DNA of 28,616 bases from Euryarchaeota archaeon UBA111 (GTDB taxonomy: Archaea > Thermoplasmatota > Poseidoniia > Poseidoniales > Poseidoniaceae). The DNA lies in NCBI GenBank assembly GCA_002506025.1, contig DAWS01000084.1, positions 1 through 28,616 on the forward strand, written 5' to 3'. Positions 1-10,400 of this stretch are shown here, in pieces (the first letter of the stretch is position 1; each line of letters begins with the position of its first letter). The notes under the pieces are model-generated. The model was given only the letters and a program-made list of their open reading frames with translations, had not been told where the DNA came from and ran no database searches. Both the position numbers and the translations under genes were made by a program.

Positions 1-246
1 GATCGCACTATTATCGCAGGAGGACTTCTCGGTCATGATTCAGTGCTTGAATTGACTCAAGCAGGAGCAGAACAACAAGGACTTGAACTAGAGATAGTTG
101 ATAGTAGCCTTGGCAAATATTTGGTTAGTATTGATGGTAGCGCAGGCGAAGGCTGGGAGTATACAGTGAATGGTCAACCTGGCGTAATGTCTGCTGAATA
201 TAGCACGGTTGAATCTGATAGTGTAATCTCTTGGATGCAACTCTAA
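1..246 (+). CDS. 5'-partial DUF4430 / transcobalamin-C-terminal-like protein (putative B12-binding partner of the ECF transporter)
   Basis: Frame is open from base 1 (DRTIIAGGLLGHDSV...). The motif 'GKYLVSIDG...GWEYTVNGQPGVMSAEYSTV...ISW' matches the DUF4430 pattern (F/YV.SI.G...W.Y.VNG....A). It lies directly upstream of a CbrT-like S component. Confidence 0.7.
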   Translation, partial: DRTIIAGGLLGHDSVLELTQAGAEQQGLELEIVDSSLGKYLVSIDGSAGEGWEYTVNGQPGVMSAEYSTVESDSVISWMQL

Positions 247-286
247 TTTAGGCAATGCTCAAGAAACTCAACCTCCAGGGCCAAAC

Positions 287-943
287 ATGTTCCAGTCGTA
301 TGGCATTCACGGGCCGGTCCTAGGGCCTGTTACTGGGTTGGCTATCGATGTTGTATTACTCGGACTTGCATTTTGGATGTTGGCGGCACCAGATATGAAA
401 AAAGCCAGTAACATCCTCACTTTCATAACCTTAGTTGCGAGTATATCATTGCTCAGGGTATTAATGGTCCCGTTGCCTAATATCCAACCGGTTACTATTG
501 CAGCCCTGATTATCGGTGCTCAATTAGGTGCGCGCAGAGGCGTTGCCTTTGCAGTATTGGTGACGATGATTTCTAATTTCATCATTGGTGATGGAATTTG
601 GACCTTATATCAAGCACTTGGGTGGTCTACTGTAGCAATAATAGGCGCAAATTCTGGTATTATCTCTAGCGGCAAATTAGACTTGACCAAAGCCTATGGA
701 TATGCAATTATCTGTGCATTTTTGTTTGATTTCATTGTCTCTCTCAGCGTGATTGGCACCATTTCATTTGGTGAATTTATGGTTTACTTACTCAACGGTA
801 TTCCATATGACCTACTTCATGCATTAGGAAACCTCACCATTATTGCATGGTTTGGTGCGTGGTTTAGTGACGCCATTGCACAGTTCCAGACTATGGAAGA
901 AATCGAACAAACAGTAGTAGATGGATATGTTACGAGAACATGA
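287..943 (+). CDS. ECF transporter S component, CbrT-like (cobalamin)
   Basis: About 6-7 hydrophobic helices. The motifs 'PLPNIQPVTIAALIIGAQLG', 'WTLYQALGW' and 'NGIPYDLLHALGN' are typical of CbrT-type S components. Confidence 0.75.
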   Translation: MFQSYGIHGPVLGPVTGLAIDVVLLGLAFWMLAAPDMKKASNILTFITLVASISLLRVLMVPLPNIQPVTIAALIIGAQLGARRGVAFAVLVTMISNFIIGDGIWTLYQALGWSTVAIIGANSGIISSGKLDLTKAYGYAIICAFLFDFIVSLSVIGTISFGEFMVYLLNGIPYDLLHALGNLTIIAWFGAWFSDAIAQFQTMEEIEQTVVDGYVTRT

Positions 944-1295
944 TGGCCCATCAATGGCTCTCTTAGTCAGGACAGATCTGAATTTATCGAGTGGTAAAGT
1001 AGCCGTACAATGCGCTCACGCCGCGGTCAATTGTGCCTTAATTGCTCGAAAAAGCGAACCCAGAATTATGGAGCGCTGGCAGGCAAATGGTGCTAGGAAA
1101 ATCTGTTTAGCAATCGAGGATGTATCGGAAATTAAATCTATTATGGCAAAAGCCAAGTCAGCAGGACTAATTGCATATTTAGTCAAAGATGCAGGTCATA
1201 CAGAAGTTACAGCCGGAACAATAACCGTCCTTGGAATTGGACCAGGGCCCCGTAATAGTATCGACGCTTTGGTTGGTGAGCTAAAACCGTATTGA
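921..1295 (+). CDS. pth2: Peptidyl-tRNA hydrolase Pth2 (paralogue 1)
   Basis: Motifs 'VRTDLNLSSGKVAVQCAHAA', 'RKICL', 'VKDAGHTEVTAGTITVLGIGPG' with catalytic Lys/Asp/Thr present. The start may be 921, 927 or 954. Confidence 0.92.
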   Translation: MDMLREHDGPSMALLVRTDLNLSSGKVAVQCAHAAVNCALIARKSEPRIMERWQANGARKICLAIEDVSEIKSIMAKAKSAGLIAYLVKDAGHTEVTAGTITVLGIGPGPRNSIDALVGELKPY

Positions 1296-1723
1296 GGGCT
1301 GTGATTTTGGTGGGTTTACGTTCCTTTATTCACCGTTTGACCGCACCAAAGGTTTTCTCTGGGCGTATTGATGATACGGTAAAATTGGTCCTAGTGGTTA
1401 ATAGCGAGTTAAAAATGGGCAAAGGTAAAATCGCTGCTCAAGTTGGTCATGCAGCCGTTTCAGCGACACTTAAAGCAGGGGAATATAATCCGGTAGATCT
1501 TGATTCGTGGCTAAAATCCGGGCAGAAGAAAATTTGTGTAAAAGCAAGTTATGATGAGATAAACCACCTTCTTGCCCGGGCATCATCTAGCGGAATACAG
1601 ACAGTGGAAATCACCGATGCAGGTAAAACTCAAATTCCCAGTGGTTCGTTAACGGTGGCGGCATTTGGACCTTGTGATGAGGGAAGATTAGAGTCTCTTA
1701 CCGGGCATTTGAAATTGCTGTAA
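1292..1723 (+). CDS. pth2: Peptidyl-tRNA hydrolase Pth2 (paralogue 2)
   Basis: Motifs 'LKMGKGKIAAQVGHAA', 'GQKKICVK', 'ITDAGKTQIPSGSLTVAAFGP', 'LTGHLKLL'. The TTG start overlaps the upstream stop and is uncertain. Confidence 0.92.
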   Translation: MRAVILVGLRSFIHRLTAPKVFSGRIDDTVKLVLVVNSELKMGKGKIAAQVGHAAVSATLKAGEYNPVDLDSWLKSGQKKICVKASYDEINHLLARASSSGIQTVEITDAGKTQIPSGSLTVAAFGPCDEGRLESLTGHLKLL

Positions 1724-1763
1724 AAGCCGCCTAGTTCATCAATGATGGCCGTTTGGTCAAGCC

Positions 1764-2810
1764 ATGCGAGAGTACAACTTGGATAGAATAGACCTTCGCA
1801 GTGACACGGTTACTCAACCTACTAAGGCAATGAAAGAAGTGATGATGGCATCAGTTGTTGGCGATGATGTATTGCAAGATGATCCAACTGTTAAACAGCT
1901 GGAAGAAAAGATTGCCAAAATGTGTGGTATGGAAGCAGCACTATTCGTCCCCTCAGGGACTATGTCCAATGCTATTGCAATCCGTGCTCACACATCGCCC
2001 GGCGATGAAATTATTATGGAAAGAACAAGTCATATCTATCAGTATGAAGGAGGCGGTTATGCAGCCTTGTCTGGAGTATCAGTGGCTTTGATTGACGGCC
2101 ACAAAGGCCAATTAACCGCTGAGGCGGTTAGCAAAGCCGTTCGCAAGGCAGAAGGAAGTTTAGGACACTACCCTGATGGAACTCTCGTCTGTGTAGAAAA
2201 CACCGCTAACCGTGGCGGCGGCACATGCTACAATCAAGATACCCTTGACGCTATTGCTTCGACCGCTCGCAAGCACGGGTGTGCAATTCATATGGATGGC
2301 GCAAGAATCTTCAATGCCGCCGTAAAGATGAACACTCCAATAGACAGAATGCTACGTGACTTTGATTCGGTCTCAATTTGCTTATCAAAAGGCCTTGGCG
2401 CACCAGTCGGGAGTCTACTAGTTGGGTCAGAACAATTTATTGCAAAGGCAAGCAGATGGAGGAAATTATTTGGCGGGGGAATGCGCCAGTCTGGATTTTT
2501 GGCGGCTTGTGGGTTATACGCCTTAGAGCACAATGTTGAGCGACTAGCAGAAGATCATGAGCGAGCAAGGCGCTTAGCAAATAGTATCAGTCAACTTGAC
2601 GGCTTCACTATTGATTTGGATTCTGTTGAAACAAATATGGTGTATATCGATAGTGACATGGGGGCAAAAAAATTGATGCAAGAATTAGCCAATAGGGGAA
2701 TCGATGTCCTAGATGTCGGCCCAACTGCTGTGCGCGCAGTAATCCATTTGCACGTAACTGATGAGGATATAGAACAGGTAGTCCAAGTTTTCACTAGTTT
2801 AGCGAACTAA
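1764..2810 (+). CDS. ltaE: Low-specificity L-threonine aldolase (PLP-dependent)
   Basis: Motifs 'IDLRSDTVTQPT', 'GDDVLQDDPTV', 'FVPSGTMSN', 'HMDGARIFNAA' and the PLP lysine in 'SICLSKGLGAPVGS', plus 'GGGMRQSG'. Confidence 0.95.
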   Translation: MREYNLDRIDLRSDTVTQPTKAMKEVMMASVVGDDVLQDDPTVKQLEEKIAKMCGMEAALFVPSGTMSNAIAIRAHTSPGDEIIMERTSHIYQYEGGGYAALSGVSVALIDGHKGQLTAEAVSKAVRKAEGSLGHYPDGTLVCVENTANRGGGTCYNQDTLDAIASTARKHGCAIHMDGARIFNAAVKMNTPIDRMLRDFDSVSICLSKGLGAPVGSLLVGSEQFIAKASRWRKLFGGGMRQSGFLAACGLYALEHNVERLAEDHERARRLANSISQLDGFTIDLDSVETNMVYIDSDMGAKKLMQELANRGIDVLDVGPTAVRAVIHLHVTDEDIEQVVQVFTSLAN

Positions 2811-2811
2811 G

Positions 2812-3702
2812 TTAGTCGCGTCGCAAAATGACGGCTGCACAGAATATGGCGCAAAGCGTTATCAGCATTCCAAAACCAGGGATAGAGCTCTCATCAGAGG
2901 GCGTTTCTTGTGGTGTTTCAACTATACTCATGACGTAAACCAGGTGAACTTCTAAGTCATTACCATCATACGCTGACGGGATTTCTACGGTTGCTGTCCC
3001 GGATAACTCGCCCCCAAGGTCCGTTATATTGCGCACGATGTCGTGATAACTACCAGCGCCGTTTCCACCATCTGAAAATTGCGCAGTATCCTCGACAAAC
3101 CACGCATTGACATTTAGCGTCATATCTGGATAGAGTGACATATCAAGGTCTAGATTCCAATTGATTATTCCATGCCCATCTGGGATGTCACAATTACAAT
3201 TCGCCTTAGGTGTCCACGCGAATGATGATACTCCATCGCCCATTCCAAGTGGGGTTGCAATCATAGCTCGATAATCGCTTTCAAGGGAATCAGAATCCGG
3301 CAAAGTTCCGGCTTTTTTGATTGTTCCATTGAATGCCACCATCGGAGGGACCGATACCTGATAACGCTGGGTGAGGTAGGCTGAAGCGAAATCGTCTCCC
3401 AGTGGGTCCTCATGGTCAGGGGAGCGATGGAACTCGTATTTTTGAACGAGACCTTCAGACTCAAGATCATCTAAAACCGCCTCAGCCTGCAGACAATTAT
3501 CGCACCAAGTCGCAGTAAAGTCTTCAGCGATTGCTGGTAATTGGTCAATAGGTGAGGAATCAGTTGTCAAGTTGTCAATTAAAGCGTGCTGGCCGCCAAA
3601 TACCGCACCTGTGTTGGTTGGTTCTGCAGGCTTCGCATTTGAGGTTGGTAAGGCCATTGCCAGTATTAAAAATATAATAGTTAGCGTTGCAAGTCTTCGC
3701 AT
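2812..3702 (-). CDS. Secreted thioredoxin-like (CXXC) surface protein with C-terminal PGF-CTERM archaeosortase signal
   Basis: N-terminal signal peptide (MRR plus hydrophobic stretch). 'EDFTATWCDNC' is a thioredoxin/Omp28-like motif. The C-terminus 'IPGFGMLITLCAIFCAAVILRRD' is PGF + TM helix + basic tail. Confidence 0.75.
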   Translation of the reverse strand: MRRLATLTIIFLILAMALPTSNAKPAEPTNTGAVFGGQHALIDNLTTDSSPIDQLPAIAEDFTATWCDNCLQAEAVLDDLESEGLVQKYEFHRSPDHEDPLGDDFASAYLTQRYQVSVPPMVAFNGTIKKAGTLPDSDSLESDYRAMIATPLGMGDGVSSFAWTPKANCNCDIPDGHGIINWNLDLDMSLYPDMTLNVNAWFVEDTAQFSDGGNGAGSYHDIVRNITDLGGELSGTATVEIPSAYDGNDLEVHLVYVMSIVETPQETPSDESSIPGFGMLITLCAIFCAAVILRRD

Positions 3703-3706
3703 GAGA

Positions 3707-3712
3707 CCTCCT
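3707..3712 (-). promoter_or_regulatory. Shine-Dalgarno site AGGAGG of the PGF-CTERM gene
   Basis: The minus strand reads AGGAGG-TCTC-ATG at 3712-3700. Confidence 0.7.
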
Positions 3713-3780
3713 AGAATGAGTTTAATTTCAAACCATCTGCGATTTGCTTTTGCTGGTTAAATTACAATTTTCCTCTCTTC

Positions 3781-3804
3781 TCAATAACAGTTTTCAATAA
3801 CTGT
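3781..3804. promoter_or_regulatory. Candidate operator: TCAATAAC direct repeat overlapping an ACAGTT-N6-AACTGT inverted repeat in the divergent promoter region
   Basis: The sequence is TCAATAACAGTTTTCAATAACTGT. TCAATAAC is at 3781 and 3794, and the inverted arms are at 3787-3792 and 3799-3804. Function is inferred. Confidence 0.3.
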
Positions 3805-3832
3805 CGCTTGTCTGGTGGCATGTTGAGGGGGT

Positions 3833-6800
3833 GTGATAATGGATAATTCAGTTTCTAGAATTACTATTGAATCAACGCCCAGTGGCATATTATTGCCAAG
3901 TTGGCTCCAACAAGTATTCTTGTCTGATTACGATGATAATTTACTCATCATTTACCCAAGCGAGGCGGCGCGTCAGAATTCCGTGCGAGAATTGTCTACG
4001 GCTAATCCATCCCTTGATTCATCAAAGCACTTGACAATAAAGCGACTCGTACGCACCCTCCTAACCGATTTCCGTCAGCCAAATGTTTTCGATGATGATA
4101 GTGTCCTATTGTACAAAACCCACCAAGAATGTGTAAAACGTGCTGAAAAGGGAAACTTCCCCCTCCTGCACATCACTGGGAAAAATTGGAGCATTAACAA
4201 GACACGCAGACTATTGTCCCTGCACCAAGAAATTTCAATGCTGGCAAAAATACCACGCTGGGATTCTGACCCGGGAGTTCGAGAATTTCGTAACGCTCTG
4301 ATGGCAATTGAAAAGGTGGAATCGAAGACTCATCCCGATCTAATGAATTTCCATCTTAACAGACTATTAGAAAACATCACTGAGGATAAGTTACCGTTCA
4401 CTCTAAATGGCTTAACCGGCATCATTATGTTGGACCATCCGCCTGAGTTTTGCGAGGTTGAGCGACATATTCTGGCAAAAATTGCGGAATTTATCCCCAT
4501 ACATCAATTATGCAATCCAGGACAATTCAGACTTGGTTACAGCGGAGCATATCTGTTAGATGTCCCTTGGTGTACTCAAACAACTATCCCTGAGTGGGTG
4601 CCGGATCATAAGGTTCAAGCTGCGGATTTTGAATCTCATTGGCGCTCAACCCATACAGAAGTAACGGGTGCCCAATTTCACCAAGTAATCGTTGAACGTT
4701 CGAGTCACATAATCGAAGCGACATCATCGCTACTAGATAGTTTGAGTATTAACCCCAACCAGCGAATATTGGTTATCGATGCGGACTTTGAAGGGCGTAT
4801 CAATCAATGGAATGAGGTCCTTAGACAGATGGGTATTTACACTAATATCCAAGACAAAACAATTGGCCAACTGCCCTTTATTCAAGAACTGGTATACCAC
4901 TTACAACTCGCAAATGGTCTTGAGGCGTGGTCTTTTGAACGGTTGCGCCGTTTAGCAAATAGCGCAATAATTTCGCTTTCTTTCGATCTTACGCACCCAA
5001 CCGATCCAGAAATAATCCCTCGTCCCCACGTTGATGTTCTTGAAAATATCGCACGCAGTTTCCACGTATTAGGCGGCCCCGGCGCAGCTCAACGGTGGCT
5101 GTCGACTCTGTCTACGGTGAGCCAACAATACAGTGATTACACTAACGAGTCCTCAATTAAACAAGAGGAAACTCAGTGGTGGCTAGCCAATGTCGTCAAA
5201 CTTTGGAATATTATCACCGATGACAGTCAAGACATTAGTGAACTGATGGGTTGCTTTACCGGTCAATCGTTGCCGCTAATTGAAAATCTAGCTTCACCTA
5301 ATGACTTATTGCAAACACTGATTAATGCTACTGAGTGGGATAAATTAACTCAAGATGACGCCCATTTCAACGCTTGCCTATCCGCAATCGAAGTAATGCA
5401 GGATAAATTGCAGGTAATTGACTTAGCAGGAGAATTTAGTGGCAACAATCTGAATTTTATCGACCTAGCAAAGTTAGTTGTTAATCATGAAACCAGTGAC
5501 GCGTCTAGGATTCAATGCCAAAATCTAACTGTTTGTTCACCTAACATTGCCTTTGGACAATCAGCAGATGTAGTGATTTTAGCGGGATTAGATGCCGAAT
5601 CTTGGACTATGAAACCGAGCAATATTCCATGGTTAGATAACGCTACAAAGGTCAATCTAGGTTTAGCAAATTCCGATATTAAAATTAGACAGGGCAGACA
5701 CCACCTTCGACATTTATTGAATTGTTCAGCGTCAGTAATTGTTATTGACACATCACTGGATGAGTCTGCTAATCCCAGCCCGCCACTAGCAGAGTGGCTT
5801 GATGATGTCGTTAGTGATACAGCAATCTTCACCGATGTGCCAGAGTTCATCTCTACCCAAGATTATGATTTATCAAACTTGAACAGGACTTGGGACCTAA
5901 TCTCTGATGGCGATAAAAATGCGCTTAAACTTAGAATATTTACTACCGATTATGATGACAACAAACCAATATCTACGCGTTCGGGTAATCGTGGGCGTGA
6001 CATCCGTCAACGCTCTGCATTGGCATTACTAAGTAACCGGCCAATGGAAATTTTACCAGATAACAAGTCATCTATTGCAATGGCGTTTGAGTTGCCGATA
6101 AATAGTAGGCTACGAAATTCACAGCCAAACCTGCAGTCATTGGAAGTGGGGGCGTCAATGAGTTGGGAAGAACGAAATAAGATGATATCATTTACCTCGC
6201 TGAATCTCTCACCAAGTGCAAAATCCGCAATGTCTGATACGAGAATGAAGCCCATATGGCCAAATCTTGGTTATCGTATCAATGGCAACACGTTAAGCCC
6301 CAGCGTTGACCCTAGACCACTTCCTTTGCAAGAGCAGCTACCCGATTCATTGAGGGTTATAATGGGTGATTCTAAGGCCGATTTGCACAGCAAAGTGTGG
6401 TCGGCAAATAGGCTCCAAGCATGGTTGAAATGCCCTCGTCAAGCGTGGATGAAAAATTACTTGCAATTAACCACTTTTGAAACACAAAATGAGGATATAG
6501 ATAATCGCACGAGAGGTCTCTTAATCCATGATGTTGAGGCTGAAATATTTTCAAAAATTGGTGTCCCAGTATTTGATACAGCATTAAAGCGAGGTTTAGT
6601 TTTGTCCGACTCAAAGGATAATTCACTCGAGGATTTATGGCAGTTTGCACTACAGTACTTAGCGGAAAAAAGTCCTTGGCTATCAAGAACTAATGCTGTG
6701 TCAGTACACCGTTGCCGTGAGATAATAGGAGTAACCCCTGATACATGGCAAGAATACTTGACAGGAGCCACCAACTTAGAACCAAGTGGCAAGATTGCCA

Positions 6801-7456
6801 ACTACCTTTCTGCGACGTTATCATTAGGGGATTCAGCGACTTTGGTTTGCGAGTGGCCTATCTCGGACGGAGTAAGGCAACCAGTCGAGATTTCCGGACA
6901 TAACGAAAACGGTCAAGAAGACAGTTTTTTGCTTAGGGGTAGAATTGATAGAGTCGATGAAATTAATGTCGAAGGCCAAGCAGGTGGTCAGAGGTTAATC
7001 ATAATCAGAGACATGAAGACAGTAAACGGACCTAAATTGAATCAGCGTGGACAAAGGCATCGAAAAGCAATTTTTGATGAATTACAATTAGCCCTATACG
7101 CAAAAGCTTGGGAGGCGGCAAATCCGAATGATAGAGTCGTAGGTGTTGGGATCACCGAGGTTGGCGATGATACAGAATATTATGTCGAGATGGACCCGGA
7201 TTATATCGATTCAGTCCAACACATGTCAATAGGCAAAATTACCACATATACCTCGATGACCTATCGAGATATTGATGAAAAAACAGGCGGAAGTAGCAAC
7301 GGTTTTCGAGCATGGTTAGAAGAGCGAGTGAGAACGGCACTCCGAGTTATTGGAGGAGCAAAAGCAGGCCATGTCAATCCAACAGTAAGTGATGATTGTA
7401 AGTATTGCACGGTTAGAAGGTTATGTCCTTCGGCCAAATTGGGGGGTAAACTATGA
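3833..7456 (+). CDS. addB: AddB/RexB-like subunit: degenerate helicase fold plus C-terminal PD-(D/E)XK nuclease with 4-Cys Fe-S staple
   Basis: No Walker A is visible. Nuclease motifs are 'LRGRIDRVD', 'IIRDMKT' and 'QLALYA'. The Cys pattern is 'WLKCPRQ' ... 'CKYCTVRRLC'. It overlaps the addA start (ATGA). The start is GTG 3833 or ATG 3839, after GAGGGGG. Confidence 0.8.
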   Translation: MIMDNSVSRITIESTPSGILLPSWLQQVFLSDYDDNLLIIYPSEAARQNSVRELSTANPSLDSSKHLTIKRLVRTLLTDFRQPNVFDDDSVLLYKTHQECVKRAEKGNFPLLHITGKNWSINKTRRLLSLHQEISMLAKIPRWDSDPGVREFRNALMAIEKVESKTHPDLMNFHLNRLLENITEDKLPFTLNGLTGIIMLDHPPEFCEVERHILAKIAEFIPIHQLCNPGQFRLGYSGAYLLDVPWCTQTTIPEWVPDHKVQAADFESHWRSTHTEVTGAQFHQVIVERSSHIIEATSSLLDSLSINPNQRILVIDADFEGRINQWNEVLRQMGIYTNIQDKTIGQLPFIQELVYHLQLANGLEAWSFERLRRLANSAIISLSFDLTHPTDPEIIPRPHVDVLENIARSFHVLGGPGAAQRWLSTLSTVSQQYSDYTNESSIKQEETQWWLANVVKLWNIITDDSQDISELMGCFTGQSLPLIENLASPNDLLQTLINATEWDKLTQDDAHFNACLSAIEVMQDKLQVIDLAGEFSGNNLNFIDLAKLVVNHETSDASRIQCQNLTVCSPNIAFGQSADVVILAGLDAESWTMKPSNIPWLDNATKVNLGLANSDIKIRQGRHHLRHLLNCSASVIVIDTSLDESANPSPPLAEWLDDVVSDTAIFTDVPEFISTQDYDLSNLNRTWDLISDGDKNALKLRIFTTDYDDNKPISTRSGNRGRDIRQRSALALLSNRPMEILPDNKSSIAMAFELPINSRLRNSQPNLQSLEVGASMSWEERNKMISFTSLNLSPSAKSAMSDTRMKPIWPNLGYRINGNTLSPSVDPRPLPLQEQLPDSLRVIMGDSKADLHSKVWSANRLQAWLKCPRQAWMKNYLQLTTFETQNEDIDNRTRGLLIHDVEAEIFSKIGVPVFDTALKRGLVLSDSKDNSLEDLWQFALQYLAEKSPWLSRTNAVSVHRCREIIGVTPDTWQEYLTGATNLEPSGKIANYLSATLSLGDSATLVCEWPISDGVRQPVEISGHNENGQEDSFLLRGRIDRVDEINVEGQAGGQRLIIIRDMKTVNGPKLNQRGQRHRKAIFDELQLALYAKAWEAANPNDRVVGVGITEVGDDTEYYVEMDPDYIDSVQHMSIGKITTYTSMTYRDIDEKTGGSSNGFRAWLEERVRTALRVIGGAKAGHVNPTVSDDCKYCTVRRLCPSAKLGGKL

Positions 7457-10400
7457 AGTTCAAGTTCAACATTAGCCAACAATTAGGCCTTGACTTGGAC
7501 AAGCATATTGCCATCGACGCTGGCGCAGGAACTGGAAAAACTGCAGTAATGGCAGAACGCTATGTCCTCCATCTGTTATCAGAATACCAAAGAGCAAAGC
7601 AGTTGTTGCCAAACGGGCCTAGAGTACCTATTCAGGGACAAGGGTCACTGCGTTCGCCAGCGCGTGAAAGAAGTAAACTTGTAGAATGGAAAGGTCTCCT
7701 ACCAAGCGAAGTAGTAGCGATAACTTTCACCAGAAAGGCAGCAGCAGAATTGCGTAGTAGGATAAGGCAGCGGTTGATAACGACCGATACGAAACTTCAC
7801 TCAATAAAACCAGGCGATGTTGAAATGCTGTTAGGAAATCTAGAAGATGCACCAATTTCAACTATCGATGCGTTTCTGTCAAGACTTGTCACGCCATATC
7901 TCGACATTCTCACGGTTCAGCCAGCAGGTGAGCAAATCGCTGATGTCAGATCGCCGATGTTAATTTCAGAGACTATAAACTCTGCTTGGCGTATAAGAAC
8001 AGTATTCGATGCTGATGAAGCAGGCATCTTAGGCGACCGTCAAGGTTTCATCGATGCTCGCAATAACTTAGCGATTTTATTAGGCGGACAACGCAATGCG
8101 GAAATTGTCCTTGGAGGAATGCTGAATACTTCTCTATTTGTCGAAGAAACCAAGCGAACCATCAAGCAAAAATCTGCTGATATTGGTATCGATTGGCGCG
8201 AAAACCAAATTATAGCTTCAGAGATAATTCTTGACCTTATTAGCAAGCCCGCAGAGGGTTTCATAAGCGCCCTTTGCGCTGAATTACGCAGTATATTGAG
8301 CGATTGGTTAGATGTTTATCTAGAACACTATCAGGAATTTATCCTGGACTATGAGGAAGAAATTGGCAGTGACCGAACTAGATTCAATCAGTTGGTTGAA
8401 TTGGTAAGAAATATCCATCCTGACGATAGTATCGGTCAGCTGCAATGGTTTTGGTTAGTCGTAGTTTGCTGTACGTCAAAATCATCGATTGATAACAAAG
8501 CTTACGGCCATTTCCCGCGTAATCGATTACCCAACAGTGATGGATGGCCGGGAGGGATTCAAACAAATACCAAAGCAAAGTTGAAAAAACCACAAATTGC
8601 TCAAGTAACTGCCCTTGCAACGCCATTAATTGAGCAGGCGAAATCTGTTTTGAATAGCAATTTTGGCCGGTTAGCGAAGATATTAGGATACAGTTCGTTT
8701 ACCTTTGACCCAAGAATAAATGTCGCATATTTGCCCGAAGATAGCACATTAAATTACACTGATTTAACCAATGATTTGACGATTGAGGCACCAACAGGAC
8801 GAACTCGGGTGTCCAATGAATTACAACTCTCGGTATTACGGGATTTACTGGTTGTCCACAAGGGCTGCCAACAGATACTCACATTGAGAAAATCTCAGGA
8901 AGGGGTTCATGATTTTGATGATATACAGCGTCTAGCGGCAGACTTACTTCTGGCAAAGTGCCCGGAAATTGTCCGATTTGAGTATCCAACAGATGTAGTC
9001 GATATTTTAGACAGCCTGGGTAGTGAGCCATGGTCAGACGAACACCTCCATCGGGCAAGGGATTTGATCGCCTCGAAGTATCCGGAATGGCGTGAAGATT
9101 TCGAACGTCGAGTGGGAATTCTGAAGACCATCAGGCAGCAATATCTAGCCTTCATTGTTGACGAATATCAAGATACAAATCCGGCACACTTCAGATTGTT
9201 ATCGCGTTTATGGGGGCCGAGAAAAATCGTTGAAGATGCAGACCAACACGGCCCTTGGGATCCAACAATATGTATTGTTGGAGACATGAAACAGAGTATT
9301 TACCGATTCAGACAGGCCGAGGTAACGGTCATGAGAAGAACGGTGGAAAATATCAAACGAATGAATAAGATTGAATTTTCTCGAACTAACTTTGAATTTA
9401 GAGATTTATCCTACGGCCGCGACCCTCGTCCACGTTCGGGCGTGGAACACTTCAAGGCCAAAATAACAAAATCTAGTGACTTGCCAAAAAATGCTGGTAA
9501 GTGGAACATTGTTGAACTAAACAGAAATGATGAGGGTGATCCGGTATTGCCTCAAGAAACAGTAGATAGCAGGAAATATGGCCATATCGATTTGACCTCA
9601 AATCACCGAACCTCTCACGACTTAATGCATACATTGAATAAAATTTTCAATGATGTATTTGATGATCGCCATCATAGTTTGCCAGGCGATTATCATGCTA
9701 AACCCCAGCCGTTAAATCCGGCAAAAATGGAGGCAAAGTACGGCAAACTTGAGTGGTTATTACCCCTAAAAACCGGTGATGCAAACCACTCAAGTAATAA
9801 TGAACTATTTGCCGAAGATAACCCAAACCCGATCCATTTAGAGCATGAAATGATTGCGATGAGGCTGCAAAACCTACTACAAGGAACTCCATGTAGAATT
9901 TGGAATCCGGCCAAGAACTCATACATGACCTTAGAGCAGCCCACCCAATTAGTTGAGCCAAACGATGTCACAATATTGATTCATTCAAGAACTCATATTG
10001 GTGATTTAATTAACAGGTTACAAGCACGGGGTATACCCGTAATATCAGATAAACAGGGTCAATTATTCAGCCAACCAATAGTTGAGAACCTAATGTCAGC
10101 CTTGCACTTAATCGCTCATCCCGATTCTAAATTCGCTGCAGCATCACTTGCAAAATCACCGATAATCGGCTTGACCGACGAAGCCATGACCAAACTATTC
10201 ACTGAACATAACGAATCGGAGAATTGGTGGGCAACCCTTAGAGACAACTCTCCCAGTGATATTGTAAGCAAACTCTTGACTCACCTTGCAAACCAACTAA
10301 CTGGACATAATGTTCACAATATACTCAATGACATATTAGATAATTCAGATTTGATGTTCGCTTACCCTGAGGACTCTTCTAGGCAAAATGCAGAGCAGTG

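Noticed and set aside
247-286. Cobalamin riboswitch near the CbrT-like gene
   Set aside because: The gap is only 40 bp and lacks B12-box features. Any leader would lie upstream of the window.
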